Part shown: one piece after another, positions 19,942 through 29,269 of the stretch
Numbering within the stretch: the first letter of the stretch is position 1
How the letters are laid out: each line of letters opens with the position of its first letter
Source: an uncultured virus (IMG/VR IMGVR_UViG_2923073944_000003)
Lineage: Duplodnaviria; Heunggongvirae; Uroviricota; Caudoviricetes
Length of the DNA: 64,000 bases
Direction: 5' to 3' (one strand)
IMG/VR virus record: IMGVR_UViG_2923073944_000003
Coordinates: 1-64,000 of that record
The notes under the pieces: model-generated
Databases searched by the model: none
Seen by the model: the letters and a program-made list of their open reading frames with translations, nothing else
What the model was told of the DNA's origin: nothing
Position numbers and translations under genes: made by a program

Positions 19942-20283
19942 TTAAACTAAAACCAAAACATTGTTTTTGATGTACTTGTCTATATCTGATTTTGCATAAG
20001 TAAGAGTACTGTCGGTTGTAGAGTCTGTTATTTCGAATTGTTCAGTATTATGATTCATTCTTGCTGTGTATACAGTATTGCTGACTACAGCAATAGCTTC
20101 TTCTGATAGCTTAAATTTAAATTCGTTTAAATCAGTTACTTCCTCAATTTCTCTTACCTCATGCGGTACTCCGCTTTCTTCTTGAGCAAACACAGCATCA
20201 TTATGCGCCTCAATAGCGTCATCATAAGTGTTGACAAGTGTTCCCATGCAATAAAGTCCATATTTTTTATTCATTTTCATCAA
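19942..20283 (-). CDS. Hypothetical protein
   Basis: ORF with RBS. Confidence 0.6.
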   Translation of the reverse strand: MMKMNKKYGLYCMGTLVNTYDDAIEAHNDAVFAQEESGVPHEVREIEEVTDLNEFKFKLSEEAIAVVSNTVYTARMNHNTEQFEITDSTTDSTLTYAKSDIDKYIKNNVLVLV

Positions 20284-20286
20284 CTC

Positions 20287-20628
20287 CTAATCTATTTTTG
20301 TAAATCTCTTAATCTCTTTACCATCAATAATCACTTTTCCAAAGAACATTTCTTTAGGTCTTGCCCAAAGAACTCCGTCATGGTCTTCATATATAACCAG
20401 CTTTTCTTCTGTTTCAGTGTGAATAGCCTCTCCAATAACCTTATACAGACCGCCTTTATAATGTCTAAACCGGCAACCGACTACATCGTATGTATCCTTT
20501 AAAGCATTCAACAACTTCTGTGCATCTTGAGCACTTTTTGAACTGCTGTCATATTTGTTGAGATGTAAAACCGCTTCCTGCATTTTCAAATTCATTTTGT
20601 TCATCCTTCCCGGTTCCTCGAAGTGCAT
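20287..20628 (-). CDS. DUF1653-domain protein
   Basis: FRHYKGGLYKV...HTET...LWARPKEMF. Confidence 0.8.
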   Translation of the reverse strand: MHFEEPGRMNKMNLKMQEAVLHLNKYDSSSKSAQDAQKLLNALKDTYDVVGCRFRHYKGGLYKVIGEAIHTETEEKLVIYEDHDGVLWARPKEMFFGKVIIDGKEIKRFTKID

Positions 20629-20767
20629 TAATTCTATTCACCATTTTTCTAAGCTCTTCAAGCTTCACTTTTGCATTTTCATATTCCCACTCTGGATAAT
20701 ACAAAGTTTCCAGCTCCAAAATTCTTCTCTTGAGTAGATTGAGAACTTCTGATAATGCCTTATCCAT
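20549..20767 (-). CDS. Hypothetical protein
   Basis: ORF. Confidence 0.45.
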   Translation of the reverse strand: MDKALSEVLNLLKRRILELETLYYPEWEYENAKVKLEELRKMVNRINALRGTGKDEQNEFENAGSGFTSQQI

Positions 20768-20865
20768 TCCAATTTCCTCAGCAGTTGTGTTTGAATTTAT
20801 CAGAGCTTCTCGAATACGTTGAGACTGCCTTTGACTTATACTAATGTCTAATCAACTCCTTAAAA

Positions 20866-21228
20866 TCATCCTTTTATGGAGAACGAATGAATGCCAGCTA
20901 CGCCCTCAATGCTCCGAAATGGACTGAGTACATTAAATTCTATTTCCACCGCCAAACCTCTGTCTGAGTTCGTTTGGATTTTTTCGATTTTCACGTTAAC
21001 CTCCTTTGTTTCATCCTCTAAGCTTGTCATTTTCATTTTATAAGAACCCTTTAATACCCCGCCTAGTTCAAGCCATTTATACACCAATGAATCAATACCA
21101 AACCTTAATGTGATTTTATCTTCGTTTTCAGTTGCCTCTACATTTCTGTAATGAAGAACCATTTTTGTTTCATTTGGCAAATGTTTATTTAGTGTTTCTT
21201 CATATAAAGCAATTTCTTTTAAGATCAT
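20866..21228 (-). CDS. Hypothetical protein
   Basis: ORF. Confidence 0.6.
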   Translation of the reverse strand: MILKEIALYEETLNKHLPNETKMVLHYRNVEATENEDKITLRFGIDSLVYKWLELGGVLKGSYKMKMTSLEDETKEVNVKIEKIQTNSDRGLAVEIEFNVLSPFRSIEGVAGIHSFSIKG

Positions 21229-21280
21229 ATCTGACTCTCATTTTGCAAAATCGGTTTAAAATAAAACTTTTAATTAAATT

Positions 21281-21502
21281 TCAATCAACTGCTTCATATC
21301 TAACCTTTGGATAGGTTGTTTTCATATAAACTTTTTTCATGCACAATGGGCATTGAAACGGATACTTCGGCGGGTTTGATGTGAGCATCATATTTGAAAA
21401 TACAAGCTCTGGAGCTTCATCACATTCATCACAATGTAACGTCTCTCTAAAAACATTAACTTTCTGAGATTTAATCATTTTCAGATGCCTCCTTTTTTTC
21501 AT
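21281..21502 (-). CDS. Zn-ribbon protein
   Basis: CDEC...CPLC. Confidence 0.6.
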   Translation of the reverse strand: MKKRRHLKMIKSQKVNVFRETLHCDECDEAPELVFSNMMLTSNPPKYPFQCPLCMKKVYMKTTYPKVRYEAVD

Positions 21503-21911
21503 TACGACAATATATTTGCCACCACTTTATTTTTAAATCTCCATTTTCCAAAGCCCTTAAATTATTGTGAAGGTTGTCGGGATGAATTCCAAAAACCATT
21601 TTTCCTTTAATGAAGACAGCCGCCCCTTCATTTTTATAAAAATCATAAGACAGCTCTCCGCTGTAGTCCTCCTCTTCTAATACCGTAAAATCATTAGATA
21701 AAGCATTATAGTATGCAATTCGATTTTTCTCTGAACTTCTTACAAAATCAACGACTGTTGAAATTTGTTTTTGAGTTTCTCCCTCATACTTATTGCTGTG
21801 TTTGTAATGACATAATAAATTTTCAAATTTATAAAGCTCAGCTTTTCCAATCGTTTTGACTAACTCCTTTAATGCAGTCCCAACCTTATAATTAAGTTTG
21901 ATATTATTCAT
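21471..21911 (-). CDS. Hypothetical protein
   Basis: ORF in operon. Confidence 0.6.
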   Translation of the reverse strand: MNNIKLNYKVGTALKELVKTIGKAELYKFENLLCHYKHSNKYEGETQKQISTVVDFVRSSEKNRIAYYNALSNDFTVLEEEDYSGELSYDFYKNEGAAVFIKGKMVFGIHPDNLHNNLRALENGDLKIKWWQIYCRNEKKEASEND

Positions 21912-22340
21912 TCAAAATTCCCCTTTGTCATTCTTTAATTTAGAAAACCAAAACCTCTTCCACCAGAAAGTTTTACGTTTTTCTTCCTCTTTAAAGCGTT
22001 CATAGTTTTCTTTAACTTGCTGATTCCATTTCTCTATTTTTTCTTGTGTTTGAATCGCTTTTTCAAGGCTCTCTTTATCTTCAATTGTTTTAATTACCTT
22101 GTCAGTCTGATATGTCCATTCATTTTTTGTATTGCGCTGCCTGTCTGTTACGACTACGTATTCGTTAAACCCTGGGATATACACTTTCCCTTCGATTTCA
22201 ATTGGGTCTAAGTCAATGATCCCTTCAAAAAATGGCTGGTATTCACATTGCTGCTCAATTGGGACAAGGGCATCACACAAACCTAATGTCCAACTTTTCT
22301 TAATTACCTTCCCTTCAAATGTTGCTTTATGGCGTACCAC
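21912..22340 (-). CDS. Hypothetical protein
   Basis: ORF in operon. Confidence 0.6.
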   Translation of the reverse strand: MVRHKATFEGKVIKKSWTLGLCDALVPIEQQCEYQPFFEGIIDLDPIEIEGKVYIPGFNEYVVVTDRQRNTKNEWTYQTDKVIKTIEDKESLEKAIQTQEKIEKWNQQVKENYERFKEEEKRKTFWWKRFWFSKLKNDKGEF

Positions 22341-22814
22341 TTATTCACCTCCTTGTAAAAGATGTTTCTTTACAAATTGAAGGAGTGTATCAACGTCTTT
22401 CGTAGTTGCCTTGTCATTGATCAAGAAGAAATCTGCCATAACATATTTTGAATAGTCGCCACTGCCATGATATTCATCTGTCACAATTACTTTTAATTGA
22501 ATATTTTCGGTTATAGGAATCAAATAAACATCTGTTCCATCTGTAATTGGAAAGTCTAAAGGGTACATATCAATTTTGTTTTCTGCTATGTATTCGTTAA
22601 TTGAATATAGGATTTCTTCCCCTTCATTTTCATCATAGCTACCAGTATAACCGGGGAGTTGTTTTCTAAAATAATCACTTAATTCATTGTTTAAATCGGT
22701 TCGCTTTCTTTCAATTCGACCTGTCATACCAACCATTAAGCCTTGTTCTTCCGCTTCTCGGACAATAACCCAGTCTGCTTTTTTGAGCTTCATTTTAGTT
22801 GCCTCCCTTCTCAC
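22341..22814 (-). CDS. Hypothetical protein
   Basis: ORF in operon. Confidence 0.6.
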   Translation of the reverse strand: MRREATKMKLKKADWVIVREAEEQGLMVGMTGRIERKRTDLNNELSDYFRKQLPGYTGSYDENEGEEILYSINEYIAENKIDMYPLDFPITDGTDVYLIPITENIQLKVIVTDEYHGSGDYSKYVMADFFLINDKATTKDVDTLLQFVKKHLLQGGE

Positions 22815-23026
22815 ATTTCATTAAATGCTGCTATTGCCACCAATAGTTGCTTAGCCTCTACTTCTGCCATTTGATCTCCAATTTGCACCTTTACCCATGT
22901 ATCTGGATAATCGACACTCTTAGTTGCTAGGAGTTTCAAAGTTTTTCTGTTTACTCCCCTTAATGTGAATTCGGATGTAATGTCTCTCATGGTTTTCTCC
23001 TTTTCTTTATAAAAATCGAATTTCAT
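22811..23026 (-). CDS. Hypothetical protein
   Basis: ORF; start probably at MRDIT. Confidence 0.5.
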   Translation of the reverse strand: MKFDFYKEKEKTMRDITSEFTLRGVNRKTLKLLATKSVDYPDTWVKVQIGDQMAEVEAKQLLVAIAAFNEM

Positions 23027-23500
23027 TTAAAATTTATTCAAATGGCTCAAAATCGCTTACAGGAACCCATTTCCAACCCCCATAATGTTTTTTATAAATC
23101 AAAAATTCTTCTTGGTTTTTATCGTTTCTTCTCGTTCCATACACCTCAAAAATGTCCTCTTCGTGAGTAATATGCTTAATCATAGCCATTAATTTTTTCT
23201 CTCCTTTGGTTCTAATTTGTCGTATACTGCGGTTGCCCGGGAAATTATGAATATTGCCTTCTGACTATTTCCCTTCACATTGTTCATATCACTGTAAGAA
23301 TAACTCCAAGAATGAGTGAACACCCTCCAATTAAGAAAACCGTAAAATAGAATGGTCTGCCTTCTTTAAAGTTCTTATTCTCAACCAAGCATGCCATTCC
23401 ATTACCTAAGAATATTGAGCCGAATAAGATCAGACCCAGTACTAAATATGAAATTTCATTCACCTCGATTCTCGATAAAAGGAATATTTTATTTTTACTC

Positions 23501-23686
23501 TTAAAGTAGTTGCAAGTATTCCAATGTCTTTTCTAATTTCATGTCTTTACAGTTTTCAATACATTCTGTCTTGATTGCTTCCCCACATTCTTTGTGTACC
23601 GGATATTCCTTATAATCTTTGTGGTCAGCTATTCTTATGTAATAAACGATCTCGCCAATGTGATCCTTGCATTTAACACACTCCAA
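23501..23686 (-). CDS. yorY: Small Cys-rich protein
   Basis: CVKC...HKEC; follows SPBRE promoter; synteny. Confidence 0.55.
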   Translation of the reverse strand: MECVKCKDHIGEIVYYIRIADHKDYKEYPVHKECGEAIKTECIENCKDMKLEKTLEYLQLL

Positions 23687-23712
23687 TGCATCACCTCGCT
23701 TCCTATATTTCT

Positions 23713-23763
23713 AATATACTCGCATCTCATCAATTAATCAATAACTATTTTATTTTTATTCTA
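23713..23763 (-). promoter_or_regulatory. SPbeta repeated element with sigA promoter
   Basis: AGAATAAAAATAAAATAGTTA-TTGATT-17 nt-TATATT. Confidence 0.7.
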
Positions 23764-23818
23764 AATATTTTTTAAAAAGTAGGAGAGTTTCCTCCCCTAC
23801 AGTACAATAAGGCTGCTG

Positions 23819-23983
23819 CTAATGGTTTTGAGTTCGTTTATGAAATACACGAACAATTATTGCCGCTATGAAGAATAAGGCAAACAATCCAAAAGCCATT
23901 GATCCATCCTTTAAAATTATCCCAAAGATCAACAATGCGCAACCAGACAAAATAAATAGTATTTTACTCAAGATATTGATCAT
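23819..23983 (-). CDS. 54-aa two-helix membrane protein, candidate bacteriocin immunity
   Basis: Hand-translated MINILSKILFILSGCALLIFGIILKDGSMAFGLFALFFIAAIIVRVFHKRTQNH; ATGA overlap. Confidence 0.65.
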   Translation of the reverse strand: MINILSKILFILSGCALLIFGIILKDGSMAFGLFALFFIAAIIVRVFHKRTQNH

Positions 23984-24738
23984 TTACACTTCTCCATACA
24001 ATCAAAGAATGCATTTACACCAATAATACCAGCAGAATTTACACAAGCATAACAAGCAGTCCCCGCTGTTGCTGGAACACCAGCTGTACATGCAGCTCCA
24101 CATAAAATAGCTAAACCAGTAATTGCCCATTGGCTAATATTTTTATCACCTAAGCAATCTGATACGCACCCAGTCCAACTCTTCTGAGCACTCATCATGT
24201 TAGATGAGCTTCCTTTGTCTTCTGAAGTTTGTTTTGTTTCAAAGACCCCAGACTTGTCCTCATCCTTAACACCATTAACCCAATAAGTCATTTCGTTTTG
24301 AGTACTGCTGATTTTCTTCATGTCAACTTCATAGTATTCTTCAATATTCATATCGCTATCAAACGAAACATTAAATGAGCTAACTCTGTCTACTTTTTCA
24401 GTGTCCACGTATAAATAAGAAACTGAATAAGTTACTGTACCATCATCATACTTAATAGCTCTAACTGATGCATTATCAAATACCTTTTCGTTTGATTTAT
24501 GATACTTAATGTCTCCATCTTCAATTGCTTTTTCTGCCTTGGATAGAAGTTTTTCCTTAGTCTTTTTACTCACATCAATAGTGTGATCTACAATAAATTC
24601 TGCCTCTGATTTTACTTTATCCTTGTCGACATTATCTGTTGAGATTGTGCTCTTTGCATCACTGTTCGGAGGAAATGTTGAAAAGGCCAGGACAAATACG
24701 GCAACTAGTGCTAAGATCGTTCGATAAAAATTGTTCAT
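23980..24738 (-). CDS. Secreted precursor with halocin C8-like Cys-rich bacteriocin domain
   Basis: Signal peptide; C-terminal hydrophobic domain with 8 Cys in four CxxC/CxxxC pairs. Confidence 0.7.
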   Translation of the reverse strand: MNNFYRTILALVAVFVLAFSTFPPNSDAKSTISTDNVDKDKVKSEAEFIVDHTIDVSKKTKEKLLSKAEKAIEDGDIKYHKSNEKVFDNASVRAIKYDDGTVTYSVSYLYVDTEKVDRVSSFNVSFDSDMNIEEYYEVDMKKISSTQNEMTYWVNGVKDEDKSGVFETKQTSEDKGSSSNMMSAQKSWTGCVSDCLGDKNISQWAITGLAILCGAACTAGVPATAGTACYACVNSAGIIGVNAFFDCMEKCK

Positions 24739-24925
24739 TAAAATATCCCCTTTGTAAAAATATAATTCTCATCTGGCACCAATACTCATCAAACAAACAA
24801 TCTCATAAATCACCTTCTTTCAATAATAAATGCTACCAATCATATAAATAATTGTTAAGAAATACTGATGATTTTGAATATTAAGTAACACAGAAGTCCT
24901 TATATCAAGGGGATATTGCTCACCT

Positions 24926-25123
24926 TTATAAACAACTTATGTAATTTTGTAATTCCTTAGATTTAGTAAAAATCTCACCGAATTTTTTGTCTATAGTTTT
25001 CCATTGTCTTTCAGATGTTGACGGCAACTCATTTTCAAGATAAATGAACAACTCATCAACTCTGCTACTAAGTTGATCTATATTTTGCACAAGTGTTTCT
25101 TTTATTGGATCAGATATGCGCAC
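24926..25123 (-). CDS. Hypothetical protein
   Basis: ORF with RBS. Confidence 0.6.
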   Translation of the reverse strand: MRISDPIKETLVQNIDQLSSRVDELFIYLENELPSTSERQWKTIDKKFGEIFTKSKELQNYISCL

Positions 25124-25135
25124 GGACGTCCTCCC

Positions 25136-25363
25136 TTATGAAAAGATAATTACCGCCTTGCTGTTGTTATTTTTTATGTATGGAGCATATTTTCGTTCAA
25201 GATAATTCCTTGACTTTCCTTCTCCCAGACTCACATTATAAATATCTCTTACTTTATGTACTTCACATGCTTGTTCTTTTGCCTGTTCAGGTGATAACGC
25301 CTCAATTATTAAAGACGTATTTTCGTCTTTGTGATCTTTACATCTAACATAGTACCTTTTCAA
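25136..25363 (-). CDS. yorX: Hypothetical protein
   Basis: Synteny, recalled similarity. Confidence 0.55.
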   Translation of the reverse strand: MKRYYVRCKDHKDENTSLIIEALSPEQAKEQACEVHKVRDIYNVSLGEGKSRNYLERKYAPYIKNNNSKAVIIFS

Positions 25364-25400
25364 TAAACATCCCTTTATCCTTTCTTTTAATCCTGTTATA

Positions 25401-25628
25401 TTAATCCTCTTTTAGATAAGACTTAAAGAAATCTTCTAGGTTTGCAGCAATTGCACCGACAACTTCTGCATAATGTGTATGGCTCTTCTCTTCGGATCTT
25501 AAAAGTTCAACTGCAGACTTAGCAATCGCTTTTATTTTCTCCTCGTCTAATTTTCCGCTTCTTACTTCGTCTTTAATCTTTTCGGCTTTCTCTTTTAAGC
25601 TTTCTGGATAGTTCACCGCAGACTCCAC
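25401..25628 (-). CDS. yorV: Hypothetical protein
   Basis: Synteny after the MTase. Confidence 0.55.
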   Translation of the reverse strand: MESAVNYPESLKEKAEKIKDEVRSGKLDEEKIKAIAKSAVELLRSEEKSHTHYAEVVGAIAANLEDFFKSYLKED

Positions 25629-25669
25629 CTCTTATATTTTATTTTTACTCTTTAAAAGACAAATTTTAT

Positions 25670-26587
25670 TTAAATTGCCGCTTCTGTTTGCACTCCCTTT
25701 GACGTTGAAAAATCAGCGTAGCTTAAAATATGAGCTATTACATCAACTGTCCATCCGTCCCCAAGCATGTTGTATCTATGACTGTCTGCAACACCTTTTG
25801 TATAACCTTCAGGCACCGTTTGCAGTCTCTCGTATTCCAGAGGAGTAAGCTTTCTAACTCTATCATTATGTATAACTTTCTTTTGCTTATGACCACCTCT
25901 ACATGCTGTTAAGGTTGGAGCTTTAAAATGAGGACTGTATACCCTTTGTAAAATATCATAGTTGTATAAATCGAGCCTTGCAGCTACTCGCTTATGCAAC
26001 CCATAAAAATCATAATTAAGATTGTAATAATATTTTTCATCAACGTTTTCCTCAAGAATATCTGCTAAGACCTGGTGCCTTTCATTGGGTTGTTTAACGT
26101 TTGGAATGTTAGTCCAGTAATATCTTTTTCTTTCCTGTGCAGAAAGTAGTCCACTGTCTATCATTATTGGTTCAACGCCTAAGTTCTTAGTAATCGTTTC
26201 TTTATCCTTCTCTTTCATGCTCTCAACATTTTCATATAAAAAATACCTGGGCTTAACTGTTTTTAAGGCCCTCACATACTCAAAGAACAATTTTGATTTA
26301 TCTCCTGCCAATCCTGTAAAATGCTCTTCTCGATCAGCTACAGTTATAGTGAGGTTCTGACATGGACTCCCGCCTAGCAAAAGATCAATTTTATTTAATC
26401 CTTTTAATTTTTGTTCATCTAATTCTAAAATATCACCTAGTTGAATTGTGAATGGATAGTTCCTTTGTGTTACTGCGATACTCGATTTTTCGATTTCACT
26501 CGCATAATATACATAATCAGTAATGCCAATTTTATTTAGGGCAATCTGTCCGCAGCTCATTCCGTCAAATAAACTTAGTACTTTCAC
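25670..26587 (-). CDS. Orphan DNA (cytosine-5) methyltransferase
   Basis: SLFDG, GGSPCQ, ENV, Q.RKR, RKLTPLEYERLQ. Confidence 0.93.
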   Translation of the reverse strand: MKVLSLFDGMSCGQIALNKIGITDYVYYASEIEKSSIAVTQRNYPFTIQLGDILELDEQKLKGLNKIDLLLGGSPCQNLTITVADREEHFTGLAGDKSKLFFEYVRALKTVKPRYFLYENVESMKEKDKETITKNLGVEPIMIDSGLLSAQERKRYYWTNIPNVKQPNERHQVLADILEENVDEKYYYNLNYDFYGLHKRVAARLDLYNYDILQRVYSPHFKAPTLTACRGGHKQKKVIHNDRVRKLTPLEYERLQTVPEGYTKGVADSHRYNMLGDGWTVDVIAHILSYADFSTSKGVQTEAAI

Positions 26588-26726
26588 TAAATCACTCCAT
26601 ATAATTTATTTTTATTCTAAATAAAATTGATCTTTTAATCGGTTTCACAAACACTTCACACATTTCAAATATTTTACATGTTAGACTAGGGTTGTACTTA
26701 CAATCAAAACCTAGGAGGTAATCCTT

Positions 26727-27074
26727 ATGAAAAAGTTTTACAAAGGATTGATTGTTTCTGCTCTATCGCTTACAACACTAGCTCTCCCTGCATTCACATC
26801 ACAAGCTTCAGCCCTAACACCTGTCAAATCATTTGACCAAGTTAAGCAGCTAGGCGATCCGCTCGGTACAGTTGATTACCACATGCTTAGGAATTCTAAC
26901 GTATCTCTATTAAAAGGTTACACCCGGTGGGAAATAGTTTCTGGAAGCAACCTTATTAGCATTAGTTCCAGTGGTGTCGTATCCTCTCATTCAACATTGG
27001 GCACAGCACTGGTTTATGCGTATGACATTAACGACAATTATGTGATTTATAAAATTACAGTAGAAGCACGTTAG
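26727..27074 (+). CDS. Secreted small beta-rich (Ig-like?) protein
   Basis: Signal peptide ending ASA; RBS AGGAGG; own terminator. Confidence 0.75.
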   Translation: MKKFYKGLIVSALSLTTLALPAFTSQASALTPVKSFDQVKQLGDPLGTVDYHMLRNSNVSLLKGYTRWEIVSGSNLISISSSGVVSSHSTLGTALVYAYDINDNYVIYKITVEAR

Positions 27075-27080
27075 TTTACT

Positions 27081-27104
27081 AAGGAGTGTTAATTCACTCC
27101 TTTT
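27081..27104 (+). terminator. Intrinsic terminator
   Basis: AAGGAGTG-TTAATT-CACTCCTT then T run. Confidence 0.75.
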
Positions 27105-27136
27105 AACTTTATTTTCACTCTAAATATAATGATATT

Positions 27137-27655
27137 TCAAAGTAATTTCCGTTCAATCTCTTCCCAATTCATAACACGAATAAATCTATTGTCATTCCTG
27201 TTATGCGGTGCATCAAATAGTATCTTTATTCCATCAAATGATTCTAAGTTATGTATTCCGTCATCAATCATGATGTCTGCTTTAATTATGTTTTTATTGC
27301 CACAAAGCACAACGTTGCTATGCGGAATGAATGGAAAATTCTCTGTAAGCCATTCAAGCTTTGCTTTAAGGGATTCCGGATGGTTTGTTGCTGTAGTAAC
27401 AACATATACTTCATATTTCTTCGTCAGCTCCTCAACTACCCTCTGACTTCCTTCTATAACATCCAGATTTCTGAACAATTCGTAATCCAAATGTCTATAA
27501 ACATTGTTTTGGGTATTTGTATATTTGCTAATATTCCAACACAGTATATCTTCCTCTTTTAGAAAAGGATCATCATAGACGTTAATGTAGGCTACCCAAT
27601 CACTTAGTAAATCAGCTAAAACTTGATCCATATCAATTGCAATTACCTTCTTCAT
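27137..27655 (-). CDS. yorS: 5'(3')-deoxyribonucleotidase (HAD)
   Basis: IAIDMDQVL, IMIDD. Confidence 0.9.
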   Translation of the reverse strand: MKKVIAIDMDQVLADLLSDWVAYINVYDDPFLKEEDILCWNISKYTNTQNNVYRHLDYELFRNLDVIEGSQRVVEELTKKYEVYVVTTATNHPESLKAKLEWLTENFPFIPHSNVVLCGNKNIIKADIMIDDGIHNLESFDGIKILFDAPHNRNDNRFIRVMNWEEIERKLL

Positions 27656-27663
27656 AAATCACC

Positions 27664-28161
27664 CTATTCCACTAAAAAGATTATGTCTTCAGCAATTTCT
27701 TTACTAGACCGCTGCTCTGTATCCCATGAATATGTATGTAATTCCGCATTGCTCATAACTTCTCTGTATAGCTCTAATACCGGCTCAATATCACGATCAT
27801 TTATGTATTCATCACCACGTTCAAGTAAACGCTGCTTAATAACTTTTGGATCAGCATGTAAGTAGATCACTTTTGCTTTATCTCTAACCTTCTCCTCGAT
27901 TGCCCTTTGTTGCTCTTCTGTTAAGATTGAGTAATCCTTGAACTTCTTCGCATAAACTAAATTTGAATATATGTATCGGTCAATAATTACATTGTCCTCA
28001 TCGGCAAGCTTGTTAAAGTGTTCAAACAGGTGCTCATTACCACTCTTAGCTAATTCAAAGCTGGATCCCTTTATTACCGGATATCCGAGTTCTTTACTTA
28101 GCTTTTCCGCTACTGTTGATTTGTAGCAGCAGTCAGTGCCCTCTAAAATAATCATCGTCAT
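27664..28161 (-). CDS. yorR: Nucleotide (dTMP-like) kinase
   Basis: ILEGTDCCYKST, IIDR. Confidence 0.85.
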   Translation of the reverse strand: MTMIILEGTDCCYKSTVAEKLSKELGYPVIKGSSFELAKSGNEHLFEHFNKLADEDNVIIDRYIYSNLVYAKKFKDYSILTEEQQRAIEEKVRDKAKVIYLHADPKVIKQRLLERGDEYINDRDIEPVLELYREVMSNAELHTYSWDTEQRSSKEIAEDIIFLVE

Positions 28162-28316
28162 TTATCTTCCACCCTTCTCACATTGCTGAAGCCAATCACT
28201 CTATATGAGCCGTCTGGATACTCAACTTCTAATTGCTCATGTCCTTTATCAACTTGTGCAACAACACCAATTTCTTCTGTGAAACCAGCAATCACCTTCT
28301 CTCCCTTTTTAAACAT
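28158..28316 (-). CDS. yorQ: 52-aa SH3-like protein
   Basis: Hand-translated MFKKGEKVIAGFTEEIG...; synteny. Confidence 0.6.
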   Translation of the reverse strand: MFKKGEKVIAGFTEEIGVVAQVDKGHEQLEVEYPDGSYRVIGFSNVRRVEDK

Positions 28317-28320
28317 ACAA

Positions 28321-28524
28321 TTAACCTCCTTTAGCTGGATTTAATTCATGCTCCTTGAAGAATGTAATATCACCTGTTTCATCACTAACTGCGTAATCAT
28401 ATGTGGCAGAGTGAAGCAACTCAATAATTTTCCCTTTCCGTCCAACATGATGAGGACAAGCGTTCTTTGCATTCTCATTTATGATGACTTTTAACCCTTC
28501 TGGATAAGACCAAAACTTCGGCAA
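28321..28524 (-). CDS. yorP: YorP family protein
   Basis: Recognised sequence; synteny. Confidence 0.75.
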   Translation of the reverse strand: MPKFWSYPEGLKVIINENAKNACPHHVGRKGKIIELLHSATYDYAVSDETGDITFFKEHELNPAKGG

Positions 28525-28535
28525 TTAACCGCCTC

Positions 28536-29243
28536 CTAACTAATAATCGAGATTGTCCCATTTTGCTTGCCAAAATTAATTGCGTCACGCTCGGTTGCTA
28601 CAAGCAAGTCCACTTTATTTCCTACGATTGCGCCGCCAGTATCTATTGCAATTGCTTTGAACGTTTTCCCACCAATGCTCACTTCAACAATTGAATTCAG
28701 GGGAATGACACTTGGATCGGTTGCAATAACACGATACCCTTTGTAATAGATTGATTGAGTAACATCAACACCTGTTCTAGTTGTTCCTGTGCATCCTTCT
28801 TGGCAGTGGGCAATATAAGCACTCAGCTTAACCTGGATGGTTTCCTTTGCGGCCGGTGGCTTGTTTTCTTTTTCTTTAATATAAATTTTATTTTTACTCT
28901 TAAAAACTCTATGCTTTGCCTTTTCACCTCCTCTCATGTGCCTTTTCTTACTTTGCTTAGGTTTAATGAGTTTTGCTGACATAATCTTCTCAGTATGCCT
29001 TTTTAATTGTTGTTCTTTGTTCGTTTGAGCTTTTTTAAATAACCGCAAGACAATATTCTCACTTGATGGGATCCTAATCTGTCTAGGCTTCTTATAAAAT
29101 GATTCTTTTATTAAGTCTTCATTTCCCTCTGTTTTATGTAAATGCTGTTCATAACTTATGTAAGAAAAAGTGGTTAAGGGAATTAAAATCATCATACCAT
29201 AAACGGACTTGAAAATGTTCATTTTTATTTTATTTTTATTCAT
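28536..29243 (-). CDS. yorM: Membrane-anchored 3D-domain protein
   Basis: IATDPSVIPL, AIDTGGAI.GNKVD. Confidence 0.85.
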   Translation of the reverse strand: MNKNKIKMNIFKSVYGMMILIPLTTFSYISYEQHLHKTEGNEDLIKESFYKKPRQIRIPSSENIVLRLFKKAQTNKEQQLKRHTEKIMSAKLIKPKQSKKRHMRGGEKAKHRVFKSKNKIYIKEKENKPPAAKETIQVKLSAYIAHCQEGCTGTTRTGVDVTQSIYYKGYRVIATDPSVIPLNSIVEVSIGGKTFKAIAIDTGGAIVGNKVDLLVATERDAINFGKQNGTISIIS

Positions 29244-29269
29244 AAAATTTTTATTGATAATCCTGCCTC

